A stretch of 64,000 bases of DNA from Candidatus Aminicenantes bacterium (GTDB taxonomy: Bacteria > Acidobacteriota > Aminicenantia > Aminicenantales > JAFGBC01): NCBI GenBank assembly GCA_963702005.1, contig OY969696.1, positions 3,072,001-3,136,000 on the forward strand. The letters run 5' to 3'. Numbering within the stretch: position 1 is the first letter of the stretch; every line of letters begins with the position of its first letter. The notes beneath the pieces were generated by a model. It did not search any database and was not told the origin of the DNA. It worked only from the letters and a program-made list of their open reading frames with translations. The position numbers and the translations under genes were made by a program. Positions 20,337 through 29,680 of this stretch are shown piece after piece.

Positions 20337-20400
20337 CTTCGGCCCCGGTCATCATAAGCTCTGTTATGATGATCCCTTTTATCCCGTTTCTCCTATCTAT

Positions 20401-20658
20401 TTACTCTGTTTTGTTCCTGTCCATCCTCGCGCCGATCTTCCCCGGCGAGACGGTGGACAAGACCACATGTCCTTCATCCATAACGATGACGCTTCTCATC
20501 GGCTTCCCGCAGGTAGCGTCTATAAGGAGGCCCTTTTCCCTGGCCTCCCTGACCATCCTCTTTATCGGGGCGGATTTCGGGTCCGCCACCGCAACGATCC
20601 TCCGGACGGCAACCAGGTTCTCATAGCCCACGTTGACCGAGTTTCCGGTTTCTTTCAT
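20401..20658 (-). CDS. remA: RemA/DUF370-family DNA-binding protein
   Basis: NVGYENLV...RIVAV...SAPIKRMV...LIDATCGK..RSVIVMD.GHVVLS matches the family consensus (NIGFGN, SAPIKR, IDATYGRRTR). Confidence 0.85.
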   Translation of the reverse strand: MKETGNSVNVGYENLVAVRRIVAVADPKSAPIKRMVREAREKGLLIDATCGKPMRSVIVMDEGHVVLSTVSPGKIGARMDRNKTE

Positions 20659-20842
20659 GGCTTCTCCCTTGTCCTCATTTGGGAGGGCCAGGTTATTCTT
20701 TTCTCTTTTTGTTTTAATTCGATTTTATTCAAAATGAACCGATTTTCCCCGGTTTGAACGGATATCAAACCTGAGCTAATTCTAGCTTTCTTATTCTTAC
20801 AGCGATTTGCTTTTGCGAGTCGCTGGTCATAAGCTCGAATCG

Positions 20843-20902
20843 TCGAGCTGTCATCCCCATAGGGATAAAAAAACATGCTATTTGAGCGGGTTTTAATCAC
20901 TG
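20843..20902. repeat. 60-bp repeat, copy A (copy B at 21657-21716)
   Basis: 50/60 identical to copy B; core GTCATCCCCAYAGGGATAAAAAAACA. Confidence 0.85.
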
Positions 20903-21468
20903 GTTTTTCCTGAGTTTTCCAGTGCCTTGCCTTGTTTCGTCTTGCTGAAGGAGTCGCGGTAACTCGTGATGCCTGCCTCCTGGCATTCCATGATTATCTG
21001 GCTCATGCGGAGCTCTTTGAGGCGCGAGTCCCTGGCGTCCATGAGCAAGGCCATTTCTACGTCGCGGACGCGGCCTCCCTTCTGGGCGCACACCGTCTCC
21101 CTGGCCTCTTGATGCGCTTCGATTTCGTTTCGCAAAGAATCGAAGGATTCAGCGCTCGGCAGGGCGATATTGATGAGCGACGGCGACCCTTCCCTTGCCT
21201 CAGGCCGCGTCGCGTCGTTCTGCTTGCTTTTCTTCTTCGCATTCCTTTTTGCCTCCCTGATGATTTTGCCGAGGCAAGGATTGCAGAGGCGGAAGCTCCT
21301 GCGCCATAAGTTATCCTGGAAGCGGAAGCATAGGTGCTTTATGCCCTTGGGTATGGGAGCGCCGCATGATCTGCACTTGGCCTCCCTCTTTGCGGCCTCC
21401 ACGTAGCGCATGTATTCATTGGGAGGCAAGGTCTGCCTCCAGCTCTCGTTGAACCGATTTTCCGTCAT
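20893..21468 (-). CDS. Hypothetical protein with PARP-type zinc-finger-like N-terminus
   Basis: AGGAGG RBS before MTENRF; AKCRSCGAPIPKG...LCNPC. Confidence 0.65.
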   Translation of the reverse strand: MTENRFNESWRQTLPPNEYMRYVEAAKREAKCRSCGAPIPKGIKHLCFRFQDNLWRRSFRLCNPCLGKIIREAKRNAKKKSKQNDATRPEAREGSPSLINIALPSAESFDSLRNEIEAHQEARETVCAQKGGRVRDVEMALLMDARDSRLKELRMSQIIMECQEAGITSYRDSFSKTKQGKALENSGKTSD

Positions 21469-21656
21469 ATCGAATACCTCCTTCTTGTCGGCCCTGTGCC
21501 TGCGGAGGCTTATCTTCTTTCTCATGCTCGCTTCCCTCGGCTGGAGCCGCGAGCGGAAGCCGAAAAGAAGAATATGCCGCCGCGGCATGCTGTCCGAACT
21601 GAGGAGGTATGACGGCAGGTCGTTCGGCGCAAAGAATCTGGAGGCATGCCAGGCCT

Positions 21657-21716
21657 TCGAGTTGTCATCCCCACAGGGATAAAAAAACACGCGGCTTAAG
21701 CTGATTTCAATCACTG
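21657..21716. repeat. 60-bp repeat, copy B
   Basis: See copy A. Confidence 0.85.
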
Positions 21717-22048
21717 TTGTCTGCCTTGGCCTGGAATCTTTTTAAGGTTGTGATGGTGTGGAAGCCTTTGTAATCCTCCAGGTTGTCTTTTAGCGAGCTT
21801 ATGTAGGCTTCCTTGTCATTGAGCTCTGCTTGCAGGGAGTCTCTTCCCTCCCTGATTTCCCTGATGTATCTGTCGCGCACTTCGAGCGAGCTGCGCAGGA
21901 TAGCCACGTCCTTCCTGAGCTCGTCCTCGATGTTCGGGTATGGCGGAGCGAGCGAGGGGACAAAGGCGCTGGATAGCTCGATCGTGCGGACGCTGCAGCC
22001 CTCGGCTGGCGCTTCTCTTAAATCCATGTTCGAGCGGTAGCCGTTCAT
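21707..22048 (-). CDS. Hypothetical coiled-coil protein
   Basis: 113 aa; GGAGGTG RBS. Confidence 0.65.
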   Translation of the reverse strand: MNGYRSNMDLREAPAEGCSVRTIELSSAFVPSLAPPYPNIEDELRKDVAILRSSLEVRDRYIREIREGRDSLQAELNDKEAYISSLKDNLEDYKGFHTITTLKRFQAKADNSD

Positions 22049-22069
22049 AGTTTCACCTCCCTATGGCTT

Positions 22070-22300
22070 TCATGGACCATAGCAATCACTCCTGTCGAGC
22101 CCGTGGTCCCTGCAATACAACTGCAGGGTTTCGTAGGCATACGCAGCCGCGGTCTCGCTGCCGAACCCGTTTTTCTCGTCCAGCAGGAAGCAGAGCCGCC
22201 ACAGCGTCCTGGAGACGCTAGGCTTTTTGCTGAAGAAGAGCGTAAGCTCATGCCAGAGCCCATAGCTCTTGCGCTTTCTCACGCGGTCTTCCCAGCTCAT
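22070..22300 (-). CDS. Hypothetical protein
   Basis: GGAGG RBS; ATGA overlap with the upstream stop. Confidence 0.6.
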   Translation of the reverse strand: MSWEDRVRKRKSYGLWHELTLFFSKKPSVSRTLWRLCFLLDEKNGFGSETAAAYAYETLQLYCRDHGLDRSDCYGP

Positions 22301-22545
22301 ACTCTCGCCTCCTTGTTCACATAGGGGATATCGCATCTTGTTATCTCCCATACGAAGGGAGCCAGCGACATTATTTCGCGCTCGGAGAAGTATCCCCATT
22401 CGGGGCATGTGCCAATGACGAAGCCGAAGAAGTAGCCAGGCTCGACCTCCTCGACGGCGAACCAGTACCAGCCGCTGAAGGATTCCCAGGCCCTGATGAT
22501 GGGTTTGCCATTGATTTTCCCGTCGGCGATTATCACTGTGGGCAT
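22297..22545 (-). CDS. DUF2958-like protein
   Basis: WESFSGWYWFAVE...FFGFV.G..PEWGYFS; paralogue at 62125. Confidence 0.7.
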   Translation of the reverse strand: MPTVIIADGKINGKPIIRAWESFSGWYWFAVEEVEPGYFFGFVIGTCPEWGYFSEREIMSLAPFVWEITRCDIPYVNKEARV

Positions 22546-22554
22546 AGCATCACC

Positions 22555-22800
22555 TCACGCTCCGCTGCTTTCCTCAAGGATTTCTTCGCCATGAAGTATC
22601 TGGACCGTCGGTATCTTACGGCCCTCTTTCCAGTCAACGGTCAGATGAATCGCCAGCTTCTTGTCTTTGCGAGGACCCCAGAATACGGCTACGGCGATTT
22701 GCTTATTACCCCTGCAGGTAAATTGTTTTTGCCGAGTGTCGCTAATGCCTTTGAGGAATAATCTATCCTGGATGTCGCTTCGGGTTGTCATCTTGGACAC
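22555..22800 (-). CDS. Hypothetical protein
   Basis: 81 aa; GGGGAG RBS; operonic spacing. Confidence 0.55.
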   Translation of the reverse strand: MSKMTTRSDIQDRLFLKGISDTRQKQFTCRGNKQIAVAVFWGPRKDKKLAIHLTVDWKEGRKIPTVQILHGEEILEESSGA

Positions 22801-22837
22801 CTCCCCTTTTTAAATCGCTCAAGCGAGCCGTCGAGCT

Positions 22838-23053
22838 GCCTTTGCTTGCACTGCGCGAGCAAGTGAACTAAATTCACGTCTTTCGCTTGCATAGCACTCA
22901 CCTCCAGCGGAATGTTGGCGCTGCGAGTTAATCTGCCGCGCTTCGCTCTGAAGGCGTTAGGCAGAATTATCTTGCCAGCCAGAAATGTAGCTGGGGTGAG
23001 TGTGCCCTGGCGGAAGACGCATGGCCGTTCACTTGCTGACCAGAGCAAAGGGC
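22838..23053. other. About 215-nt imperfect rod-like hairpin (ssDNA promoter/origin or ncRNA)
   Basis: Nested complementary pairs CTTTGC/GCAAAG, GCAAGTGAAC/GTTCACTTGC, CGTCTT/AAGACG, CACTCACC/GGTGAGTG, CCAGC/GCTGG, TCTGCC/GGCAGA. Confidence 0.7.
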
Positions 23054-23117
23054 ATGTCATGCTGGCCTCTCGGAGCTCCATGGCTTGAGGTGGAGGAGAT
23101 CGTCAAGGACTGCGATT

Positions 23118-23630
23118 TTAGCTTTCATATTCATAGGCATCTTCATGGTTCTGTGCCGACTTTTCATCATCTTCATCTTCGAAGCCGTCGTCCTGCCAGC
23201 AGGATTCATCTTGATCGCCGGCGCGGGATTTTGCCTCAAGCTCGTCGGCCAGCCGCGCAAGCTCGGCTTGTTCCGCTTCCATCTCGCGCCAGACCTCCTC
23301 CCTGTGGCGCTTCTCCTCCTGCAGACGGGCGAAGGTCTCGGGATCGAAGTTCTCCGGGTGATCGTCCCAGGTGTCGTCAAAGTAGCCGCGAGATTCCAGG
23401 TCCTTGAATTTGTACCAGCAGCGGCGGAAACCTTCGTCTTTCGGATGCCAGACCGCAAAGCGCTCGCATTTGAGGCAGTCGATGTACGGGACTTCCCTGT
23501 CTTGCTCTGGGCAGAGGACTGGCGGCCCAACGACGGTCAAGCCAGAGTAGCGCCTTCCGGGGAGCGGCGGCAGTACCACGCGCCTCGGCATGCCCACTCG
23601 GTTGAACATTCGGCTTTGAGGGATTCTCAC
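23118..23630 (-). CDS. Hypothetical Cys-containing protein with acidic tail (start uncertain)
   Basis: CPEQ...DCLKC...C motif; GTGA overlap with the ATPase stop. Confidence 0.55.
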   Translation of the reverse strand: MRIPQSRMFNRVGMPRRVVLPPLPGRRYSGLTVVGPPVLCPEQDREVPYIDCLKCERFAVWHPKDEGFRRCWYKFKDLESRGYFDDTWDDHPENFDPETFARLQEEKRHREEVWREMEAEQAELARLADELEAKSRAGDQDESCWQDDGFEDEDDEKSAQNHEDAYEYES

Positions 23631-25654
23631 AGGAGCTCTCTCACCAGGCTGAATTTCACTCTTGAAAGCTTCTCCCAGGGGACCGCCTTGTAGACCGCGT
23701 CCTTGGCCTCGTTCTGGGAGGCCTGGTTCTTCGTGACTATGACGACCTCGCTGAATCCGGCTTCAAGATCGCGCAACGCGTTTTCCGCGACGTGCGGATT
23801 AGCGGGTTCGAGCTCTATCTCGTAGGCGACCGCGCCTTCGGGTCGAATCTCCGCGACGTCTACGGCCTTGCCGTTGGCTTCATGCTCTATCGCCACGGTC
23901 TTTCCTGCTTTTTTCAGCGCTTCGGCAAGGAGGTTCTGCAGGATCACGTGCTCGGTCGAGCCCCTCCCGCGCAGGCGCACTTTTTCGTAATCTACGCCGA
24001 CGAATCGAGCGCCTTCTGGCCCGAGGACGGCATAAGTCTTCGGATTGCCGCGCTGGCCGAGTGAGAGCTGGCAGAGCTCTATGAGGCCCTGGCGCGCCAT
24101 TCCGTCCGCGATCTTCCGGGCCAGCCAGGGCGAGACGTTCCCCATGCGCGCATAGAGCTCGGAGAGCGTCATCTTTCCGGCCTCAACGAGCAGTTTCGCT
24201 ATGCCGGTCCAGATCCTATTGGGCTTCTGTCCAGTTGGCCTGCACTTCTCCCAGGGAAGAGGCTTTGCGTTGGCTTCGTTTGACAGGCTTGCCTCCTCTC
24301 CTAGCGGTGCATAATCAAGCGAAGCAAGAACCTCTTCAGAATGGCGTTCTGCATCCTTGTCCGAAACCTGCTCGAAGCTCAGCATAGGGATCTCGAAGAG
24401 AACGGGCTCGGGATAATCGGCCGACTGGAATACGCACTGGCGCTTTGGAATTACCGGCAAGAAGGCGGCCTGCTCCTGCATAAGGCTCAAGCCCTGCGCC
24501 ATGCGCCAGCCGCATTTGCCGTTTACGAGCCGCATGACGAAGCGGTTGTTGACGTTCGCAAGGAGCGGATTCGGAAGCTCGCTCGGCACCTGGTCGGAAT
24601 AGATGAAGCCGACGCCCCGCTTCCGGAACGTGCGGGCGCTTCCGAATATCATGCCTTCGCCCAGGTCATAGCGTTCCGAAAGGCGCTCGTTGAAGAGCTT
24701 ATGCGCCTCCTCGATGACGACAAGCATGCGGAGGCCGGAAAAAGCAAAGCGCTCCATATGGCTCGAAAGACGGAGAAGCTTGAGATAGATGTAAAAGTTG
24801 CGGATGTCATCGCTCACGCCGCCAGTCCTGAAGACGACGGTCTTGCTGGCGAGCGCGTCCAGGTCATAGCCCCGCCTGCACACGAGCGTTTTTTCCAGGT
24901 TGGCGGCCAGGCTCCGGAAGCGGTTTACCAGCGTTTCATGGAATCCAGAAAAACGGGTGCCGGGCTTGAATTCAATGCGATCCAGCGTCGCGACCAGATC
25001 CGTAATAGTGGGGTAGTTAATCCCGCCGTCGAGGACGCCGTTATTCGCGTAAAGCCCCCGGAGAATTCCGTCAAGCAGGTTAATCGAACCGTCGCGGAAG
25101 AAAAAGACCTCGCGGCAGAGGTTCTTTAGCCTGCCTAGCCATTCACTAGGGGCGATACCTGGCGGCGGCTGGAGGAAGTTGTCCCTGTCCAACGCTGGCG
25201 TCAAGACGAGGAAACGCGCCGGGTCGACGTGCCTGAGCAGGACCTTGTACTCGTTTTCGGGGTCAAATATCCAGGCGTGAATGCCTGCAGCGGCCAGCAG
25301 GGAAACGAGATAACGAATTAGATACGATTTTCCGCTTCCGCTGTGGCCGACTACGAGCGTGTGTTCGCCAAAAGAGCCGAATGGAATTATGAGCTTCCTG
25401 ACCTTCTTTTCTCCCAGAATAATGTCGCCCGGCGAGATCCCGTCCCCGGTTATCTTCCCGGACCCTAGGCCAAAGACCGGGAGGTCATATAGGGCCAGGC
25501 CTTGTTTTTTCAGTTCCCTCAGAAAGTGCCTTTTATAAAGCGGGATTTTGTCTGGATTCCGCGCGGCGCTCTCAAGGCATTTGATGATATCCGGCTTCTC
25601 GATGCCGATCATTCCGGCGATGGATTTGAGCTCTTCAAACCAATAGTCAGTCAT
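23627..25654 (-). CDS. HerA/FtsK/VirD4-like ATPase with C-terminal wHTH and PD-(D/E)XK-like domain
   Basis: Walker A GHSGSGKS, IFDPENEY, Walker B VVIEEAH, RKRGVG...DQ.P; tail EH...AVDVAE...AYEIEL. Confidence 0.88.
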   Translation of the reverse strand: MTDYWFEELKSIAGMIGIEKPDIIKCLESAARNPDKIPLYKRHFLRELKKQGLALYDLPVFGLGSGKITGDGISPGDIILGEKKVRKLIIPFGSFGEHTLVVGHSGSGKSYLIRYLVSLLAAAGIHAWIFDPENEYKVLLRHVDPARFLVLTPALDRDNFLQPPPGIAPSEWLGRLKNLCREVFFFRDGSINLLDGILRGLYANNGVLDGGINYPTITDLVATLDRIEFKPGTRFSGFHETLVNRFRSLAANLEKTLVCRRGYDLDALASKTVVFRTGGVSDDIRNFYIYLKLLRLSSHMERFAFSGLRMLVVIEEAHKLFNERLSERYDLGEGMIFGSARTFRKRGVGFIYSDQVPSELPNPLLANVNNRFVMRLVNGKCGWRMAQGLSLMQEQAAFLPVIPKRQCVFQSADYPEPVLFEIPMLSFEQVSDKDAERHSEEVLASLDYAPLGEEASLSNEANAKPLPWEKCRPTGQKPNRIWTGIAKLLVEAGKMTLSELYARMGNVSPWLARKIADGMARQGLIELCQLSLGQRGNPKTYAVLGPEGARFVGVDYEKVRLRGRGSTEHVILQNLLAEALKKAGKTVAIEHEANGKAVDVAEIRPEGAVAYEIELEPANPHVAENALRDLEAGFSEVVIVTKNQASQNEAKDAVYKAVPWEKLSRVKFSLVRELL

Positions 25655-25893
25655 TCCTTTGGAGACACCTTGTTAAGGAATCCGATTATTGCGGGCGCGA
25701 TTACGGCGGCTCCGATGACGACGAACATTAGAAGGATCGAGCCGCCCACTCCGCCGTATTTCGCGAGCGAAATGCCGAAGGCAAGCCCGATACCTGCGCC
25801 GACCGCAAGGCTGAAAACGGCGCGGGCATGCCTGGCCAGGAACCGGAAAAGCCCGGCGAGGAGCGCAATCACGATCTCGATAAAGGCGTACAT
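25651..25893 (-). CDS. Small membrane protein
   Basis: 80 aa with 2-3 hydrophobic helices; overlaps both neighbours. Confidence 0.7.
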   Translation of the reverse strand: MYAFIEIVIALLAGLFRFLARHARAVFSLAVGAGIGLAFGISLAKYGGVGGSILLMFVVIGAAVIAPAIIGFLNKVSPKE

Positions 25894-26270
25894 CAGCTTT
25901 TCCTCCGCAGCGAAGCGCGGACCATCCCCGGCAGGCCGCACGTGCGGCATACTCGAACGCCAGGCTTGAGGATGCTTTCAGCGCTGCAGCCAGGGCAACA
26001 GATTCTTCCGCACGAAGAGCAAGCAAATTTGCCGGATTTCGCGTCGGCCTCGCATATCGTTGCCGTGCCGCACACGTGGCAGATAGCGCCCGTCGCTCCG
26101 ACATGGCCGCAATCGTTAAGGCCTTTTTCGACTTCGGTCGTCCGGTGAATCGTCCCTTCCGCGTCCACGCCTTCGACGTGCACTGTCCTCGCGACTTCGC
26201 CGGTCTCGGAGACGCGCCTGCCGATTCTTTCTATGGTAGTTTTGATTTCGTCCGGAGCATTCTTTCCCAT
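25893..26270 (-). CDS. Cys-rich zinc-finger protein
   Basis: CGH, CHVC, CSSC, CCPGC, CRTC; GGAGG RBS. Confidence 0.7.
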   Translation of the reverse strand: MGKNAPDEIKTTIERIGRRVSETGEVARTVHVEGVDAEGTIHRTTEVEKGLNDCGHVGATGAICHVCGTATICEADAKSGKFACSSCGRICCPGCSAESILKPGVRVCRTCGLPGMVRASLRRKS

Positions 26271-26295
26271 GCCTGCCTCCTTTCCGGCGCTGTTC

Positions 26296-27429
26296 CTAGC
26301 GCCAGAAGCCGCCGCCCGCGTCCTCAATTGCCCTGATCCCGAAACGCCTGGCCGCCTCCCTGGCCTCTTCTATTTCCGATGGGGACACCAGCCGGTTGAG
26401 GCCAGGATCGGTTTTCGTCTTCCAGTCCGGGACAAAATTGTCTATGACGCTGAGCCATATTTTTTCCCTGTATGCGCTCAGCTTTTCCAGGCCTGGCTTG
26501 TGGCAGCATTCCACGTGTCCGGGAAGGATGAGCATCCTGACGATTGCCTTTGCTTCTTGGCTGCATATTTGCCTCATGCCTTCCTCCGCGACCTCGACGT
26601 AATTTCCCGCGCCAGACAGCCTCCTAGCGCATGAGCTGTTGCCGTACTTGAAATCGGTCAGCCATACATCGACGACGCCGTCGAGCAGTTTGTAAAGGAC
26701 CGGGCTCGCATAGCCGTTGTCGTTCATCACGACGGGGAGCCGGAACGAGAGCGGAGCGGCGTTGAGGGCTTCGAGGATCGCGCAGGCCGACTCGTCAGGG
26801 TTCCCTCCGCCAAACTCCAGCGAAGCTGCTCTTGAAAAATATATGTCTGAAGCGAGCACTGCCCAGAGTCCGGAATCCAGTCTCCTTATTGGCTTCGGAG
26901 CGTAGCTTTCCCTGGCCTGGCAGAAAACGCAGTTCAGGGCGCAACCCACAAGCCTAACGGTAGCGCTTGGCGTGATGACGGCCTCTTCCGCGATGTGGAC
27001 GAAAGGCTCGTCGTAGTGAGCGTCTGGCCCGAGGCCGCAGCGACCCTTTCCCTCGAACCTGTTAGCTCCGCAATTCCTGCCGCACAGGCCGCAACGCTCA
27101 AGCTCCCTTCTGGCCAGCTCGATTTTCAGGTCGAAAAGGCTAAGGCCTCTCCCGTCGTCTGGTCCCTCCCCGCCTTCTCTGATCGCGCCGTCATGCAAAT
27201 CCCACAACTTGGAAGCATCGAAATCCTGTATCGTTTCTGGATCAGTGGCCTGAACGGAAACGCGCCTGGCCCTCTGGAAAGAGGGCACGAAATCCAAAGG
27301 AGGAGGAATGGACTGAATGCTGAAATCAGGCTGGAGCCTCGTTATGACCGGAAGGCAGTCGAAGCTCGGATCGACCATGAACAGCCTTCCGTCCTGCGTC
27401 AGGCTGCACTTGATTTTTCTGCCAGCCAT
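26296..27429 (-). CDS. Radical SAM protein (PflX-like)
   Basis: GCALNCVFCQ (CxxxCxxC); N-terminal CGLCGRNCGANR...CG; GGGNP; DFKYGN..CA..LS; LILPGH.ECC. Confidence 0.9.
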   Translation of the reverse strand: MAGRKIKCSLTQDGRLFMVDPSFDCLPVITRLQPDFSIQSIPPPLDFVPSFQRARRVSVQATDPETIQDFDASKLWDLHDGAIREGGEGPDDGRGLSLFDLKIELARRELERCGLCGRNCGANRFEGKGRCGLGPDAHYDEPFVHIAEEAVITPSATVRLVGCALNCVFCQARESYAPKPIRRLDSGLWAVLASDIYFSRAASLEFGGGNPDESACAILEALNAAPLSFRLPVVMNDNGYASPVLYKLLDGVVDVWLTDFKYGNSSCARRLSGAGNYVEVAEEGMRQICSQEAKAIVRMLILPGHVECCHKPGLEKLSAYREKIWLSVIDNFVPDWKTKTDPGLNRLVSPSEIEEAREAARRFGIRAIEDAGGGFWR

Positions 27430-27430
27430 T

Positions 27431-27919
27431 TCAGTGCGCGCTCTTGCTCCGGACTGCCTTCGCTTCTCTTTCGTGCTTTCCCTTGTCAAACAAGCGAGAA
27501 ATAGTGTCGAATTCGGTCGAAGTCGGGGGCAGGGCTTTCCGCTCCTCGAAGCTCGCTCCGAGCATCCCTTCGAAATTTCCCCTCGGCGCTAGCAGGAGAT
27601 TGACGGCCGGTCCGGGAAGCGAGCTGTACCCTTCCTGTTCCATCTCGAAGCCGGTCTTCTCTGCGGCTTCCCCGAGAAGACAGAGAGTCGCAGCCTGCTC
27701 AATGCTGAGGTTTCTCTGGAGCTCCCGGATGATTTCGCCCTGGAAAAGCTTGCCGGTGATTTCCGCAAATCCGATTGAAACGGGCTCAAAGGCCATGCCC
27801 AATTCGGGAGCCGAATGATCGAAAGCGACCCCTTCGAGCTCAAGCCGCCTGACTGCGGCTCCCAGGCCTCTGAGGAATTGGTCCATGTTGCGGACCGGAA
27901 GAGCAATGCTTCTTGACAT
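27431..27919 (-). CDS. Hypothetical protein
   Basis: 162 aa; 1-nt spacing to both neighbours; GGAGG RBS. Confidence 0.7.
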   Translation of the reverse strand: MSRSIALPVRNMDQFLRGLGAAVRRLELEGVAFDHSAPELGMAFEPVSIGFAEITGKLFQGEIIRELQRNLSIEQAATLCLLGEAAEKTGFEMEQEGYSSLPGPAVNLLLAPRGNFEGMLGASFEERKALPPTSTEFDTISRLFDKGKHEREAKAVRSKSAH

Positions 27920-27920
27920 G

Positions 27921-29414
27921 TCAGTCTACCTCCCTCGTCACGGAATATTTTTTAAGGCGTGCGCCCGCCTTTTCGAAGAAACCCTTCCAGAAAGCCTTCA
28001 GCGCCGCCCAATAGGACGGCGACTTGTTGTTCGTCAGCACTCCAAGCACGAAAACGTCGACGTTCCTTAGCGGCGGGATCATGCCTCGCTTCTCCGCCAC
28101 TGCTAGCAGATCAGAGACGTTCAACCGTTCGGGACTCTCCAGGTCGAGCTCCTTCGTCGCTTGCCGCATGTCCGAAAAGACGATCAGCCGCTTTTCCTGC
28201 GCGCTCCCGTCCTCAAGGAAAATTTGCGCGATTGCGAGCGCTCCGATGACGTCGGAATTCGTGAATACGGGGTTGAGGTCCCTGGCTCTCGCCCGCCATT
28301 CGCTAACGAGCGAGGCCCTTTCCTCTTTCAGCCTTTCCTTGAAGTAACCCGGTTTCAAGCCGGTCCTTCCGCTGAGCAGTATCGCTGGCTTGCCGAAGCT
28401 TCTGTCGGTAACGGCCAGGACCGCAATTTTCTCGCCTGGCCCGGCTGCGTTCAGGCAGGCCTCAACGGCTTTCGCGTTCTTTACGCATTCGTCCTGGCCA
28501 ACGGACTTCGTGAGGTCAACGATGATGACCGTATTTTTGCCAAGCTCCTCGCCGAAGGCGCGGCCTGCTGCGAGCGAAAGCAGGATGGCAAGAATGATTA
28601 TTATGGGAAGAGCAATCGCCCACTTCTTCTCGCCTGACAATTTGTTCGTAGTCGCCTGCCGCGCCCAGATGGCGAATTCTGCGCCGATGATCTTCGGCCT
28701 GTTCCTGCGCACGTTAATCTCCCTGTCCCTCGCAATCATGTTCCGTATTTCCCGCTGCTTTCTTCTGTGCGCCCTGACTTCCGGCGAATAAAGCCACTCG
28801 ACCACGCGAAAAAGCGTAAGGCCCGCTGCGAGCTCGACTCCGAGCGCCAGCATGGGGAGCGCGATGGTGAGAAGCCTCGAAGTCGTCTGATAGAAGGATT
28901 CGGAGGCCGTTCCCAGGGTCCGAAAAAGCTGGCCTCGGACGATGCCGAGCTGGACATGCGCGATCAGAAGGCTCAGCAGGGCGACGCCGGAAAGGCTCAC
29001 GAGGACCCATTTTTTCGCGTAATACGCGGTAAGGAAGCCGTCCATCATCAGGCAGGTCGCCAGGATGATGCCGAGCGAGGCGAAGTGCGCCTTGATGCCG
29101 ATCTCGTAGGGCTCGAAGGTCAGGAACATGAGCGCATAGCTTGCGAGGACCAGAAAGACAAAAAGGAAGATGCCGAATCTTGCCCTGACAACCGCGTGTT
29201 CAAGAACCCATTCGGGCTTGGCTTTTATCCTGTTCAGCCAGGCATCAATCATCGCTACTGCGTCCTGCGATTTGCGGCCATCGACTTGCGCTTCCCTGAT
29301 GCGCGGCTCTTCTTCGAGCTCTATCTTCCTTTCGAGCTCTGCGCGGAGCTTCTGAACGTTTTTCCCGCTTACTTTTTTTGATCCAAGGATGTCAGTCCAA
29401 GGATGTTTTATCAT
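27921..29414 (-). CDS. Membrane protein with coiled coil, about 5 TM helices and C-terminal vWA-like domain
   Basis: IIVDLTKS (DxSxS-like) and LIVFSDM; start MIKHPW overlaps the upstream stop. Confidence 0.75.
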   Translation of the reverse strand: MIKHPWTDILGSKKVSGKNVQKLRAELERKIELEEEPRIREAQVDGRKSQDAVAMIDAWLNRIKAKPEWVLEHAVVRARFGIFLFVFLVLASYALMFLTFEPYEIGIKAHFASLGIILATCLMMDGFLTAYYAKKWVLVSLSGVALLSLLIAHVQLGIVRGQLFRTLGTASESFYQTTSRLLTIALPMLALGVELAAGLTLFRVVEWLYSPEVRAHRRKQREIRNMIARDREINVRRNRPKIIGAEFAIWARQATTNKLSGEKKWAIALPIIIILAILLSLAAGRAFGEELGKNTVIIVDLTKSVGQDECVKNAKAVEACLNAAGPGEKIAVLAVTDRSFGKPAILLSGRTGLKPGYFKERLKEERASLVSEWRARARDLNPVFTNSDVIGALAIAQIFLEDGSAQEKRLIVFSDMRQATKELDLESPERLNVSDLLAVAEKRGMIPPLRNVDVFVLGVLTNNKSPSYWAALKAFWKGFFEKAGARLKKYSVTREVD

Positions 29415-29680
29415 CCGCTCCTCCTTTCGCTCGGCCTCGCTGATTGCGCACATTTCTCGCATATTTGACCAGAGGTTTTGTACTTGTCGGTTATACGCTC
29501 CATGCAGATGTAGCAGCGCTCCCGCTGGCACAGGAGGCATGTTCGAAGGCACTTGTGGCAGAAGACGCTATTACACAGCAAACAGAAACCGAAATGTTCG
29601 AGCGTGTAAGGAAGCGAGCGCATGCAGCCTGGGCATGTTTGCATGAGCACGATTTCAGGGAGCTCAGCGGGTTGAGGCAT
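29411..29680 (-). CDS. Small Cys-rich zinc-finger protein
   Basis: Six CxxC pairs in 89 aa. Confidence 0.7.
   Translation of the reverse strand: MPQPAELPEIVLMQTCPGCMRSLPYTLEHFGFCLLCNSVFCHKCLRTCLLCQRERCYICMERITDKYKTSGQICEKCAQSARPSERRSG

Noticed and set aside
20843-21716. 60-bp repeats as CRISPR repeats or integron attC sites
   Set aside because: Only two copies 814 bp apart, no RYYYAAC/GTTRRRY ends, and no integron integrase identified.
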